Notes: a model not told the origin generated them from the sequence alone. 57,889 nucleotides of DNA, filler included, from Piptocephalis cylindrospora (GCA_003614145.1; 2 parts of 2 records of this genome joined end to end with filler, not necessarily neighbours in it); one strand, 5' to 3'. Counted from the first letter of the whole stretch, positions 1 to 11,877 are shown. Translations and numbers: made by a program.

Positions 1-65
1 TTTCCTAACCAACAAGCACCTACCCAATCCCAATCCCAACTCCTCTTCCTCTCATCCTCTCAACA

Positions 66-1802
66 ATGGAAGCTGCCCTTCTTCGTTACCGCAAGGCCTG
101 TCCTTTTCTTCGCAACACCTCCTCCCTCACCCTGAGGAGCCTTTCAGTCGCTGCCCCCAAGCGTACCCTCCTCACCCTGGCCAGGGACTGCCCGGTGATG
201 ACCACGGCCCTGAACGCCCGCGCCACCAAGGCCGCCTACGCGACCACCACCTCCACTACTGGAAAGACCTCCCCCGCTCCCCCAGGCTCCAAGATTGTCT
301 GTCCTCACGCTGAGGCCGCGAAGGCCCAGAGGTCCGGTCCTCCCAGCCCCATGGCCAACGTGGCCCCTACCTCCGCTACCCCCGTCACCCACCAGACTCT
401 CGAGGGAACATTTGACTACGAGGGCGCTTACGGATCCGAGCTGGATCGGAAACACCGTGATGCCTCCTACCGGTACTTTAACAACATCAACCGTCTTGCC
501 CCCTCCTTTCCCCGCGCCCACACGGCCAACACCAAGGAGGAGGTCACCGTCTGGTGCTCCAATGACTACCTCGGCATGTCCCGTCACCCCGTGGTCCACG
601 ACGCCATGCACTCGGCCTTGAGCACCTACGGGGCCGGCGCAGGCGGAACTCGGAACATTGCCGGCAACGCCGCCCTTCATCTCTCCTTGGAGGCTGAACT
701 TGCTGACTTGCATCATAAGCCCTCAGCCCTTCTCTTCTCCTCCTGCTACGTCGCCAATGACGCCACCCTCTCCACCCTTGCCTCCAAGCTCCCTAACTGT
801 GTCATCCTGTCCGACCAGATGAACCATGCCTCCATGATCCAGGGAATTCGTCATTCCGGCGCCCAGAAGCGTGTCTTCCGTCATAATGATCTCGCCCATC
901 TCGAGGAGCTCCTCCAGGCCATCCCCCGATCTACCCCCAAGATCATTGCTTTTGAGTCTGTCTACAGCATGAGCGGGTCCATTGGCCCTATCGACGGCAT
1001 CTGTCGTCTCGCCAAAAAGTACGGGGCTATCACCTTCCTCGATGAGGTCCACGCCGTGGGCATGTACGGTTCCCGGGGTGCCGGGGTCGCCGAACACCTC
1101 GACTGGACCAAGGGTGCTACTCCGGGTCAAGGCCCCCATCCCCTCATGAACCAGGTGGACATCATCTCCGGCACCCTAGGCAAGGCCTTTGGTGTCGTCG
1201 GAGGCTACATTGCCGGATCCAGCCGATTCATCGACATGATCCGCTCCTACGCCCCAGGCTTCATCTTCACCACCTCCCTGCCCCCTCCCATCGTCGCCGG
1301 GTCCCTGGCTAGCGTCCGGTACCTCAAGGAGTCTATGGTCGAGAGACTGGGTCAGCAGCGGAATGCCCGGTCCCTCAAGGATGTCTTGGGCCAACGGGGT
1401 ATCCCCGTCATCAGTAACCCCAGTCACATTGTCCCCGTCCTTGTGGGCGATGCCGCCCAGGCCAAGCGCGCCAGTGACCGCCTCCTCCAGGAGTGGGGCA
1501 TCTACGTCCAGAGCATCAATTACCCCACCGTCTCCCGCGGTGAGGAACGTCTCAGGATCACCCCGACTCCCGGCCATACCCAGGAAATGCAAGGACACCT
1601 GGTCCAGGCCCTTGAGCAGGTCTGGGCCTCTGAGGGTCTGAAGCGCGTAGAGGACTGGCAGGGCACTCCCTTGGGGAACACGGTGTGTGGTACTACCACC
1701 GGTCCCCCCGCCTCCAGTGTCTGGACCCAAGAGCAGCTCTCCGAGCCCATCTCCATGACCGAGACAGTGTATGAGAAGGCTCCCCTTTCGCTCTCTCTCT
1801 GA
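66..1802 (+). CDS. HEM1: 5-aminolevulinate synthase, mitochondrial precursor (intronless)
   Basis: 578-aa ORF with ALAS motifs [27 protein letters not shown] and the PLP lysine in GTLGKAFG; basic presequence carrying three Cys-Pro motifs. Confidence 0.97.
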   Translation: MEAALLRYRKACPFLRNTSSLTLRSLSVAAPKRTLLTLARDCPVMTTALNARATKAAYATTTSTTGKTSPAPPGSKIVCPHAEAAKAQRSGPPSPMANVAPTSATPVTHQTLEGTFDYEGAYGSELDRKHRDASYRYFNNINRLAPSFPRAHTANTKEEVTVWCSNDYLGMSRHPVVHDAMHSALSTYGAGAGGTRNIAGNAALHLSLEAELADLHHKPSALLFSSCYVANDATLSTLASKLPNCVILSDQMNHASMIQGIRHSGAQKRVFRHNDLAHLEELLQAIPRSTPKIIAFESVYSMSGSIGPIDGICRLAKKYGAITFLDEVHAVGMYGSRGAGVAEHLDWTKGATPGQGPHPLMNQVDIISGTLGKAFGVVGGYIAGSSRFIDMIRSYAPGFIFTTSLPPPIVAGSLASVRYLKESMVERLGQQRNARSLKDVLGQRGIPVISNPSHIVPVLVGDAAQAKRASDRLLQEWGIYVQSINYPTVSRGEERLRITPTPGHTQEMQGHLVQALEQVWASEGLKRVEDWQGTPLGNTVCGTTTGPPASSVWTQEQLSEPISMTETVYEKAPLSLSL

Positions 1803-2233
1803 TCATCACCAGGAGTTTCGACTGAGAAGCGTGAGGAGGAGGGTGGGGAACCCGTCGTGTGGTGTCAGCACACAAGTCTATGGCACTTGACTGCTCTCAC
1901 CAACATGAGCCCTTATCTCTACCCCTCTTTCCTCTTTTCCTGTGCTTACTTGTCTTTTTTTTCCATGTAAGGACGTCTCTTTCTTGCATTTCTAGGAAAT
2001 GCAAAAGTTCTTTCCGATTTTCTCAATATGTTTGTATACGGCAATGATTTCCGTAGGGCAGACAATGGTCGGAGTAAGGGGACAGAGGCAGAGACGCGTG
2101 AAGATAGAGGCCTCTCGCTTTGTTGTCACCGTGAATCCGTAGTGGTAGTCTCTTGCAGATATTTACCCTTTATCCTTCACATCCCATCCATCCCTTGTCC
2201 CCCAGCAATCATCCATCTCTGTATCTCTCCGCT

Positions 2234-3126
2234 ATGGAAGCAACAAATAAGGGCGACCTCCACGCCATGGCCCAGGCTGTCATGGAGAACTTTCGGAAAG
2301 GAGAGGGTCTAGGGGATGCAAGGCAGTTACAGCGCATGTCAGGCAAGACCGAGGATAAGCGGGCGAGGATTCTAGGAGAGGCCAAGATGACCTTGCAGGG
2401 TGAGTGTATCTTTGGTTGGTGTCCGAGCAGAGGGGCCATGCCAGACTAATATTTATCTCCTTTCTATCTACAGGGATCACTAGGGAGTTGGCCCTGGCAA
2501 GAGCAGGCGGGGAAAGGCCCGATTCCTCCGCGAGCAAGGAAGCGTACGATCAGGAGATGATGGAGTTGGACAGGACTAAGTTTGCCCTGGCCAAGAAGAC
2601 GGTGGATCTGGAGATGGAAAGGCAGGGACTGGAGGCCGAATTGGATGGGTATCGGAGGGAAATGATGGAGCTGGAGGCCGAAGATGCTCAGGGTCTCTCC
2701 TCCTGGGAGGGCAGGGAGGATGATGGAGAGGGCATGGGGGAGGGAGAGGGGCCCGAGGCCATGATGGATACGAATAGGTAGGTGATAGTGAAGAGGAGTG
2801 GGGGGAGGAAGGGATGAGTCATGTCACGACACACCTTCTCATCTATCCACCGGGGGAGAATGAATCCAGTCTCAAGTTGGCACTGTACAATGGCCTCGGC
2901 ATTTCCCTTCAAGGCTCCAAGGAGGATTCCAGTGTGTATGATCAAGTGGTCGTCCGTAAGTCCCTCTGAGGCGGTAGAGAGTGTGGAGATCATTTCCTAA
3001 GTATTTTCCCCTCAACACTATTCGGTAGGCTCATCCAACGATACGGATCGTCATACTATTCACCTGGACGGGAAACAATCACACCATTTCTACACCAACC
3101 ATATCTGGGACCTTGCTTCCTCCTAG
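2234..3126 (+). CDS. SPC24: Kinetochore Ndc80-complex subunit Spc24 (4 exons; first two introns 2400-2473 and 2778-2869, third ~2956-3028)
   Basis: Spliced by hand: N-terminal coiled coil, then LKLALYNGLGI...DQVVVR and a C-terminal SHHFYTNHIWDL, matching the Spc24 globular domain pattern. Confidence 0.8.
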
Positions 3127-3768
3127 GGTCCTGTGTTTGTGATGGGAAGGGGATGGTCTAAGACAATGTACTGTTCAGTAAAATGACAACGCCCTTCTGG
3201 GTCAATACCACCATAATGTGTCATTCCCCGAGTTTGTACGGGATGAGTCATCTTGTCGTTGTAGTGCTCTTTTATTCTTTACTTACTCAGCCTTACCCCC
3301 TGATGATCATCCTGTCTTCCGTCTGGCTCGTCAGGGCGTGCTGGTGTCGCATGCCCCGTATCCTAGATGATGTAGGGTATATCAATCGACTCTACTCTAC
3401 TCTTTTCTATTTCTATTCATTTTACATATCCTACTCAAAAGGAATGGATAGAGCAGCGTCCATTCAATCTAAAAATAATACTGGACCGCTTAGGATATGG
3501 CTTTAGCGCCCCATCCTCGCTCCTACTCCCTGTCCATAGTTCCTGACACCCCGATTGACATCTTGTCTGGGGAGACTCCGTCATCTCTCCTTCCACACAG
3601 GAAGGTGAATGCTGCTATAAATAGACTGTGCACATTATTCGTGTCAGTCATCTAAGGGTAGTCCCTTCCAGGTCATGCTTGCTTAACAGGACATGGACTG
3701 CTCCGATCTCTATGAATACCTAGGCCATGATCACTCTGGTGCTGAAATGTATACAGTCATGGAAGCAT

Positions 3769-3776
3769 TATAAAAG
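3769..3776 (+). promoter_or_regulatory. TATA box of the secreted QGGY-repeat gene
   Basis: TATAAAAG about 180 nt upstream of the ATG at 3947, followed by a pyrimidine-rich leader. Confidence 0.5.
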
Positions 3777-3946
3777 CCCAGAATCATGATTCGTCTTTAA
3801 CCTCATTCCAGCTTGCATCCTCCATCCTATCTTTCCCCTTTCAAAGCTATCCATTGCATTATCCATTCCTTGCACCCTCCATTCCTTGCATCCCTCATCA
3901 CATCGCATTTCCATTCCATCCCTGTTCAATAATCCATAGCATCAGC

Positions 3947-4573
3947 ATGCAGAGCACCACTTTCCTCCTTGCCATCCTGGCCTCGGCTGCTCTCCTCACC
4001 TCGGCTACCTCCGTGGATGAAGGTCATTCAGCCTACACCACTCCTTCCCCGACTTCCACCCCCGTCATTGGCTATCCCACCTCCCGGCCAGCATCCGGAT
4101 ATACCACTGCCACCAGCACCTCGGTTCCCACCTCCGGATATGATACGTGTGATGAAGACTCTGGAGATGATATTCCGTATGAAGAGGACACGTGCGATGA
4201 AGACTCCGGAAATGATGGCTATGGCTCCAAGCCCGGTAACTATGGTGGCCAGGGCGGGTACGAGAGCCAAGGCGGATATCAGAACCAAGGCGGATATCAG
4301 AACCAAGGTGGATATCAGAACCAAGGTGGATATCAGAACCAAGGTGGATATCAGAACCAAGGTGGATATCAGAACCAAGGTGGATATCAGAACCAAGGTG
4401 GATATCAGAACCAAGGTGGGTACCCAAGCCAAGGTGGATATCCAAGCCAGGGTGGGTACCTTGTGAGGCGCGGTAATGGCCATGGTGGGCAGTACCACCA
4501 TCAAAGAAAATACGATGATGGTAGCTACCGTCCCTGGGACTACGCTGGCTGGCAGGGACATGCCAAGTGGTAA
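3947..4573 (+). CDS. Secreted Gly/Gln/Tyr-rich tandem-repeat protein
   Basis: Signal peptide MQSTTFLLAILASAALLTSA, a Ser/Thr/Pro stretch, a duplicated DTCDEDSG motif, 12 xxQGGY units, then LVRR and an aromatic/His-rich tail. Confidence 0.88.
   Translation: MQSTTFLLAILASAALLTSATSVDEGHSAYTTPSPTSTPVIGYPTSRPASGYTTATSTSVPTSGYDTCDEDSGDDIPYEEDTCDEDSGNDGYGSKPGNYGGQGGYESQGGYQNQGGYQNQGGYQNQGGYQNQGGYQNQGGYQNQGGYQNQGGYQNQGGYPSQGGYPSQGGYLVRRGNGHGGQYHHQRKYDDGSYRPWDYAGWQGHAKW
4244..4459 (+). repeat. Coding 18-bp tandem repeat, 12 units (8 x QNQGGY)
   Basis: CAGAACCAAGG(C/T)GGATAT repeated 8 times, with 2 degenerate units on each side. Confidence 0.95.
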
Positions 4574-5036
4574 ACTTGGTCTTATCGTACTTACCCTGAT
4601 GATGTGACTTCATTGTCCAGGCTCAGATCAGCTCGAGGGGGTCCGCAGACGATTAAATACAAGGACTTCTTCATGTTAAACTGACCTTTTGGATTTTTTT
4701 TGAAGGTTATGAATGCCTGTTTTATTAGATAAATAGAGATGACGCATTTATTTTCACTTTATGAATAGTATCTCCATAATGAATGACCTTAATAATCTTC
4801 CTCCAAGCATCTGGATGCGCCTATCCACACTCTCACACGTTTAAACTGTGGTGCATCATCTGTCCAAGACCGCGGCAGCACATCTCCATACAGCCTGTGC
4901 TAAGGGGCTCTGACGCGTATGACTCCGCTTGACCTTCTCCCCTCCTCCACTGACCCTCCTCCACTTCCCTACTCTCTCACTCCCTTCCTTGACTGATCTA
5001 CCCTTTCCCGCCCTCACCCATCTCTTATCCTGCAGC

Positions 5037-6005
5037 ATGTCTCGTCGGTACGACTCGCGAACAACGATCTTTTCTCCTGAAGGTAGGTCATTTCCTGAGC
5101 GGAAGACATAGAGAACAGGCGAGCCTTGGCTCACACGGATTGGTAAGATCTGTTGTCCATGTCCTCATCTGCCCACCAACATCCTCCCTCTTCACACTCC
5201 TGGTACAGGACGTCTCTACCAGGTGGAGTATGCCATGGAGGCCATCTCCCACGCAGGAACCGTTCTGGGGATCCAAGCCACAGATGGTGTGGTGATTGCC
5301 GCGGAGAAGAAGGTCATTTCCAAGCTTCTCGACCAGGGCACTGCCACTGAAAAGCTGTACCCCGTGAGCGAGTAAGTCCCTTTTATCCTCCTTTCTCCCT
5401 CTCTTAGATGGAACAAACCCTCATCATACCACTCCATCCCCTCCCTCAGCCATACGATTTGTGGAGTAGCCGGGATTACATCGGATGCCAATTCCCTTGT
5501 GGATTACTCCCGTCGTACCGCTCAGAACTACCTTTACACCTATGGGGAGCACATTCCCGTGGAGCAGCTGGTTCGTCGGCTCTGTGATCTGAAGCAGGGA
5601 TATACCCAATGGGGTGGTCTTCGTCCCTACGGCGTCTCCTTCATCTACGCGGGCTGGGATAGGCATTATGGTTTCCAGCTCTATCATTCTGACCCCTCTG
5701 GGAACTATGGAGGCTGGAAGGCGACGTGCGTCGGCTCAGGTAACAGTGGAGCTCAGAGCCTTCTTAAGCAGGATTATAAGGAGGAGATGAACCTGAAGGA
5801 GGCTATTGCTCTCGCCGTCAAGGTCATGGCCAAGACTATGGACAGCGCCAGTCTCACCGCCGAGAAACTTGAGTTTGCTACCCTCTCCCTCGATCCCTCC
5901 GTCAAGGAGGGGGATTCGCCCAAGCATCGCATCTACACTCCTAAGGAGCTTGAGGCTCTTCTCGAGGAGCATGAGTCCATTGTCAAGCCCAACAAGCAGT
6001 CTTGA
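5037..6005 (+). CDS. PRE9: 20S proteasome subunit alpha-3 (introns 5083-5208, 5372-5449)
   Basis: [32 protein letters not shown] alpha-subunit signature; [31 protein letters not shown]. Confidence 0.96.
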
Positions 6006-6233
6006 ATCTGTTCTTTGGAGAGAGCCATTGGAATTGGGCGGGTGTGGCAGAGACAAAGAGAAGAAGGGTGAATGAATCCCCCCTTTTTTTTATACATGCG
6101 CTATCTTCATCTTTCTTCCCATGGCGAGATAATTGCATTGATCCATTAATCTCCTCACTCCTCCTCAAGACAGAGCAAATACCCCTCTCCCTTTGCATAT
6201 CCCATAGCCCACTTTATCGTATCAAGACGATGA

Positions 6234-7316
6234 TTAAACATGCTTCATGGCTGATTCTCCGGCATCTTCCGAGGTGACCTCGGCCTTCTCAATCAGCGAG
6301 GACTCCTGAGAAGGATAGGTAGCAGCCGGCCGTGATGGACTATCCAAGGTAACCTTTGTTGAAGAGCTTTCTTCTGCGGGGGGCAAGGCTTCATCCACCC
6401 TGGCGGGGGACAAACCACCTTCAGATCCATCCCCGTGTTGCAAGGCAAGGTCGGCGTGAACCTCCTCATGATCCCCGATCCTAGACCGACGAACGCGGGG
6501 AGGAAAGGGCCTGTGACACTGACGAGATGAGAGATGGGGGTAGTACTGGAAATAGGCAAAGAAGGCAAAGAGGACTCCGAGGATCCCGCCGATAAAGATG
6601 TCCACTGGATGATGCCGGTTATCCCAGAGACGTGTCGCTCCCACTAGAAGACCAGCAGCCAGGGGGAGAAGGCAAATGAAGGCCTTGATGGCCAGGCCCC
6701 TCCCATCAAAGATGTGCAGTTTACCCGCGAGGAATAGCGAGAGGAAAGTCATGCCAGAGAAGGCAAAGGACGTGTGGCCCGAGGGAAAGGACCGCATGCC
6801 ATCTTTGATCACGGCAGCCGATCGATTTCCCGCGCACACATCAATGTTCGCTAGCCCATACACCGGATCCACTGATCCCTCTCGTGGCTGACACCGATCT
6901 AGCCAGTCTGGGCGATGCTCCCCGACCGTGACCTTGAGAAGCATGGTCACAGCTATCGTAAGAGATAGGGTAAGAGCCAGGCCCAGGAATCCCTGATGGA
7001 AATCGTGAGGTGATCGGCGAATGAATAGGCCGATAAGCAGGATGAAAACAAATGGTCCGAAAAAAGCCATCACAAATACCACAGGGACGGACACAGTATC
7101 CGTTGGATGAAAGGTCCTGGAGATATTCTTGTCAGCCAGAGAGAATTCCCGGCGAACGGGGTGGGTAAACTCTAGGAGCAGGAACAGGATAATGAAAATG
7201 ATAATGAGGATCCAGTCCAAGACATACGCCAGGAACAGGGCCTTCCTATATCCCTTTGGAGCTGGCGACCTCTTTTTGGACAGGGAGCGCCTGTCCACCA
7301 GACACGATAGGGCCAT
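6234..7316 (-). CDS. PAP2-family lipid phosphate phosphatase (DPP1/LPP1-like)
   Basis: Motifs KVTVGEHRP, SFPSGH and TRLWDNRHHPVD; about 6 transmembrane segments; the likely start is the ATG at 7316. Confidence 0.92.
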   Translation of the reverse strand: MALSCLVDRRSLSKKRSPAPKGYRKALFLAYVLDWILIIIFIILFLLLEFTHPVRREFSLADKNISRTFHPTDTVSVPVVFVMAFFGPFVFILLIGLFIRRSPHDFHQGFLGLALTLSLTIAVTMLLKVTVGEHRPDWLDRCQPREGSVDPVYGLANIDVCAGNRSAAVIKDGMRSFPSGHTSFAFSGMTFLSLFLAGKLHIFDGRGLAIKAFICLLPLAAGLLVGATRLWDNRHHPVDIFIGGILGVLFAFFAYFQYYPHLSSRQCHRPFPPRVRRSRIGDHEEVHADLALQHGDGSEGGLSPARVDEALPPAEESSSTKVTLDSPSRPAATYPSQESSLIEKAEVTSEDAGESAMKHV

Positions 7317-7814
7317 GCTATTCTGTGCTGGGGTATGTGGGGGGGAACAGAGGGGGGATGGTGGTAGCGGTGGTGGCCGTGATGAGGGTAAGGATGGTGA
7401 TGACGGTGATGGTGGTGACAATGATGACGGATAGAAAAGTGATTGATTAAGGGTGGGGATTTCTAGAGTTGGGACCCATAGGTTGATCAGTACCAAGTAA
7501 CAGTGTTATTATAGATGCGCTCATTGACTTACACCCTTAGTCTCATCACTATTACACACTAGCCTTGGCACCTACAATTATGAGGGGATAACCGATGTCG
7601 GAGTAGAACTGGAATGTGAGATATCGAGGGCTGATTGGCTGATCCTCGTTTCCCCCACCCTGAATCGTGGTGAATTGCCCGATCCAGGATGTGTGTGAAT
7701 GGAACAGGACGACTAAAAAAAACGATTCCAGTGGGGCATACTCTCCAGTACAAAGAAAGAGGAAGGAAGCATTGCTATAGCTAAAGGAGATACATGAATA
7801 TAGAGGATGATCGA

Positions 7815-9902
7815 TCACCGTCTCCTACCCCGAAGTAACCCCACTCGGGATCCAGAGACCTTAGGAAGGGCTGGGGAAGGGGAGGGGTCGGAGGGGAACA
7901 TCATGAGGGGGATGGCCAATCGAGGATGACCCAACCGGTTCTCATGCTGCTGTGTATTGATCTTTTTAGTCGAGGGCCGCGAATTCCGACGAGGCTTGAT
8001 TGTAGAGGTCTCTTCTGGGATAGGTAGGTCAGATGGTGCTGGAAGAGCCTCGGGGTCCTGACTCTCCTCTGGCTTGGTCGCTGTGTGATGGGAGAGCATT
8101 TGCATGTCCTCCTTATAATTTGGAGAGAGAGGAAGGGAGGGGGTTATGGGAAGGATAGGAGATGGGAGCCTGTCTACAGGTTGAGATGATTTCTCTGTCG
8201 TATTCACCACCTCCACGATAACTTGCATCCCTCGTGTGCCTTTAGGTGCCTTTTCTTCCTCTTCTTCATCTAATGCCATCAAATCTTCCGCTTCTTCTTC
8301 ATCTAGTGCCACCAAATCTTCCACTATCATCTCAGCCTTTTCTTTACTCTTTCTCCTCTTCCTCCGGGACCTCGACTTTTTTCCTGAATTGTCATTATCT
8401 TCTTCTAGGGTCAGTGGAGATGGAGATTTCTCGGGGGCGGATGAGGGACGGGCCCTCTTCCTGGATAACGACTCCTTTTCCCCTTCCGCCTCACCCAGGA
8501 TAATGGAACTTGACTGCAAATGAACAGGGCTTGAGCTATCCCTACATGGTAAGGAAGGAGTGTCTGGTATACTACTAGAAGGGAGTAGAGAGGGTGAAAG
8601 GCGTGGAGAGGTGTGAGGAAGGTCAAGTGAGGCGGAAGGAAGATCAAATGAAGTGGGAGGAAGATCAGAGGAGGTGGGAGGCACAGGGCCTTTCCTTGGT
8701 CGAGAACTAAGACCTAGGCGATGGCTCGGAGACCTGGACAGAGTTGGGTTTATGGGATTAGACACAGTCGTGGTAATGAAGGAGGAGGAGGAGGAAGAGG
8801 AAGAAGAGGAAGGTGGGGCGGCGGATGGCAGCTATGGATACGAGCAAGGAGAAAGAGCGAGTAAGGTATTTGTTCAGGATTTAGGTTCGATTTTCTATCT
8901 TCTAAACACTTACCATTGAATTGGGATGGGAGGAGGAGGAATTGGGGGTGGATGCAAGGGGTTTTCTTCTAATCAAACCCAAACGTCGTCTAGGAAGGGA
9001 GGGAATCTTGGTCGAAGCCGAGTTCACCGGCAGAGAACTGTCGGCGACAGCAGGAGCGACAGTAGAGTTGGAGTCTTCCTTCTCCACCTTGTTCTCCTCA
9101 ATTTCCTTATCATCCTAGGGCGGGAAAAGAGGGAATGAGGGAAGAAGGAAAGGGATTGCCCCTGCTCGTAGAGGTAAAAAGAGAAAAAGGGACTAACCTG
9201 AGAGGAGGCATCATTTCGAGGATCAGCATACCGTTCAGTCCAAGATTTTGCCTTACTAAAGAACAATTGTGGATCTTGCTTATACTCCTTGGCCTATCCT
9301 CATTCGGCATGGACGGGGAAGATGAGTACAGGATGCAACAACGAGCCATACACCATGGGATTCATACCACATCAACCAGCAAAGGATCATCGCCATTAGG
9401 CTCAGCCAAAAGCAACCTAAGAGAAGTAAGGAGGGTGGAGAGATTGATGGAGGGCTTCCATCCTCCCTATCCAATCATGACGAGATGGATGAGTATACAG
9501 AGGTAAGAAAGGGAGCCCAGTCAATGATGGGCCTACCTGAGGGGGCATCTTGAGGATATCCAAACAAATTCTGCCCGAGGCATCAATGTTGGGATGGTAG
9601 ATACGGGTGAGGAAACGAGCCTCGGGCGGTCGAAATGGATACTGGGAAGGGAGGGTGAGTGAGAGGCGGAAGAGGCCGCCAAAATACGGGGTATCCTCTG
9701 GCCCATCCAACTCTGCAAAGCAGGATGAATGAGTAGGTGTCTTGGTTACGCTTCGCTCTCTTGTAAACTTACGGGCCTTGAGCTTGGAAGTATCCGAGTC
9801 GTCCACCAACCAGGCAGCTACTCCAGGTGGGGGATCCTGGGAGAGCTGCTTGAGCTCCCGACCAATGCGGTTGGCCATGGTGGCATTTGCCTTTCGGGCC
9901 AT
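7815..9902 (-). CDS. Ubiquitin-conjugating enzyme E2, UBE2T-like, with a long disordered C-terminal tail (about 6 exons)
   Basis: Catalytic motif [28 protein letters not shown] typical of UBE2T. GT-AG junctions join the downstream exons (AKEYKQDP..., DDKEIEEN..., LPSAAPP...) in frame to the 7815..8765 ORF. Confidence 0.8.
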
Positions 9903-10395
9903 CTTGGTAGGCTAACCTTGAGGATATGGAAATGGGATGAGGGGGGAAACAATGGGATGTACTGTTGTTATGATGTGGGACTGGGGTAGGAAGAAAGAAG
10001 CTTGTGGATTCACATCCTTCCAGTGACCCACGGTGACTCACTTCGGCGGTGTTTATTTTATTGGATGCAGATGATTTGGCGAGGTTACATTTTTCAATGA
10101 AATTAAGCCCAATTTCCGCAGCAAAAATGGCCATCATTCAACTGAAATAGAGAAGTGTGGGGAAACCAGTGGTCAACAGACCGATCAACCCTGGGGGTTG
10201 TCAGGACTCATTCTTTGATCATCCTTCCAGTGTAGATTTCTGCCTTTAGCACATTCTGTACTTTCCCCTACCAAGACAATGCACTTTGTCAACCTATCTG
10301 CATAGCATGTGTATTGCTCTCCTCAGAGCACTCCTCCCATCCTATTCTCGGTGGAGAGAGGCGAAAGAACCACCACCACAAGAACTTCTCATCAC

Positions 10396-11579
10396 TTAAA
10401 GATTCTTGATGATCTCGTTGGTAAAGGCACTGCAGGTAGACTTGCCACCGAGATCGCCAGTGAGGACCTGGCCCTCAGCGATGGTCTGGAGGACAGCGGA
10501 CTCAATGGACTTGGCCTGGGCATCGAGGTTCATGTGGCGAAGCATCATGACGGAGGAAAGGAGAAGGGCAGTGGGATTAGCCTTATCCTGACCGGCAATG
10601 TCGGGGGCGGTACCATGGACACTCTCGAAGATGGAAGCGGACTTTCCAATGTTTCCTGAGGGGGTGAGACCGAGACCACCGATGAGTCCGGCGCACATAT
10701 CGGACAGAATGTCTCCGTAGAGGTTGGGCATGACCATGACGCGGTCACCGTACTTGGAGGGGTCCTGGACGATGTGGAGACAGGCACGGTCGAGAAGGAC
10801 GTCGGAAAACTTGATGTCGGGGAACTCCTTGGCCACATCCTGGCACACGCTCAGGAAGAGGCCATCGGACATCTTCATGATGTTGGCCTTGTGGACGGCG
10901 GTGACGTGGTCACGACCCTGGGCCCGAGCGTACTCAAAGGCGTACCGGGCGCACCGTTCACTGGCCTCCTTGGTGATGAGCTTGATGCTCTGGACGACAC
11001 CATCGATGACCTCGTGCTCGATCCCACTGTACTCTCCCTCAGTGTTTTCACGGATGAGGACGGTATTGACATCCTCGTAGGGGGTATCGTATCCAACGAT
11101 GCTACGGCAAGGCCGGACATTGGCGAAGAGGTTGAAGGTCCGACGGAGGGTCAGATTAAGAGAGACGTGACCCTTGCCAATAGGGGTAGCTAGAGGACCC
11201 TTGAGGGCGACCTTGTTCCGGTTGACGGAGTGAAGGGCCTCATCAGGGATGGCGGTCTTGCCATCCTTGAGGACGGGGGTGACATCCACGGACTCCCACT
11301 TGATGGGGACCTTGGCAGCGGTAAAAATTTTCTGGACAGACTGGGAAATCTCGGGGCCAATTCCGTCCCCGGGGATCATGGTCACCGTGTAGTTGCCATC
11401 AGCGCCCTTGGGGGGAAGGGGGACAGTTTTGTCGGTGGTGGAGGCAAAGGCGCGGGAGGCCACGGCCGTCAGGGGCTATTGGAGGGAGAGTGAGTGAGGC
11501 GGGATGGGATGAGAGGGGAGACGAGGGGGAGGCTTACCCTGGAGGGACGGAGAAGGGCAGAAGGACGGGCAAGAAACAT
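10396..11579 (-). CDS. IDH2: NAD-dependent isocitrate dehydrogenase, catalytic subunit (intron ~11476-11537)
   Basis: [31 protein letters not shown] and NLYGDILSD with the catalytic Asp residues; short presequence exon [14 protein letters not shown]. Confidence 0.95.
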
Positions 11580-11643
11580 GCTGAGAGAAGGACTGGATCA
11601 AGTGGATGAGGGTATCGTAAAGGCTGAAGCAGTCAAGCAATCT

Positions 11644-11877
11644 CTATTTTTTTAGGCGGGAGCGTGAGTGGAAGAGGTAAGAGAGTTGGGATGAAGGTCT
11701 TGTGTTGACCATCCACATTCTGTCATGGCAAAGGCTCGACCCTCCCAGACATGCTGGATACAGGTCTGGGGGGCTCTCAACGCGCCTTCTCCTTCTTCTT
11801 ATCCTTCGCCTCTCAAGAGGATGAGGAGGGAGAAAGAAGGGTCGAGAAAAGATAGCCAGGCATGCACGAGGACTTAC
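11644..11877 (-). other. Probable 5'-UTR intron of IDH2
   Basis: GTAAGT donor at 11877 and TAG acceptor at 11644 after a pyrimidine tract, upstream of the ATG at 11579. Confidence 0.55.

Noticed and set aside
144..1756. Long antisense and alternate-frame ORFs over HEM1, and likewise over IDH2, the oxidases and the S9 peptidase
   Set aside because: Shadow ORFs produced by GC3-biased codon usage; they contain no motifs
4028..4613. 18-bp repeats read as a CRISPR array, or as antisense repeat proteins (LVLIST, GSDIHL)
   Set aside because: There are no spacers and the context is eukaryotic; the plus frame has a signal peptide and the variation falls at synonymous positions
7317..7496. Pro/Ser-rich N-terminal extension of the PAP2 ORF
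   Set aside because: The ORF starts at a non-ATG codon and the region looks like the pyrimidine-rich 5' leaders seen throughout this window; the same applies to several other ORF-track starts
7815..8765. Stand-alone 316-aa orphan gene
   Set aside because: It has a GTG start and an in-frame splice acceptor at 8831, so it is better explained as the last exon of the UBE2T-like gene
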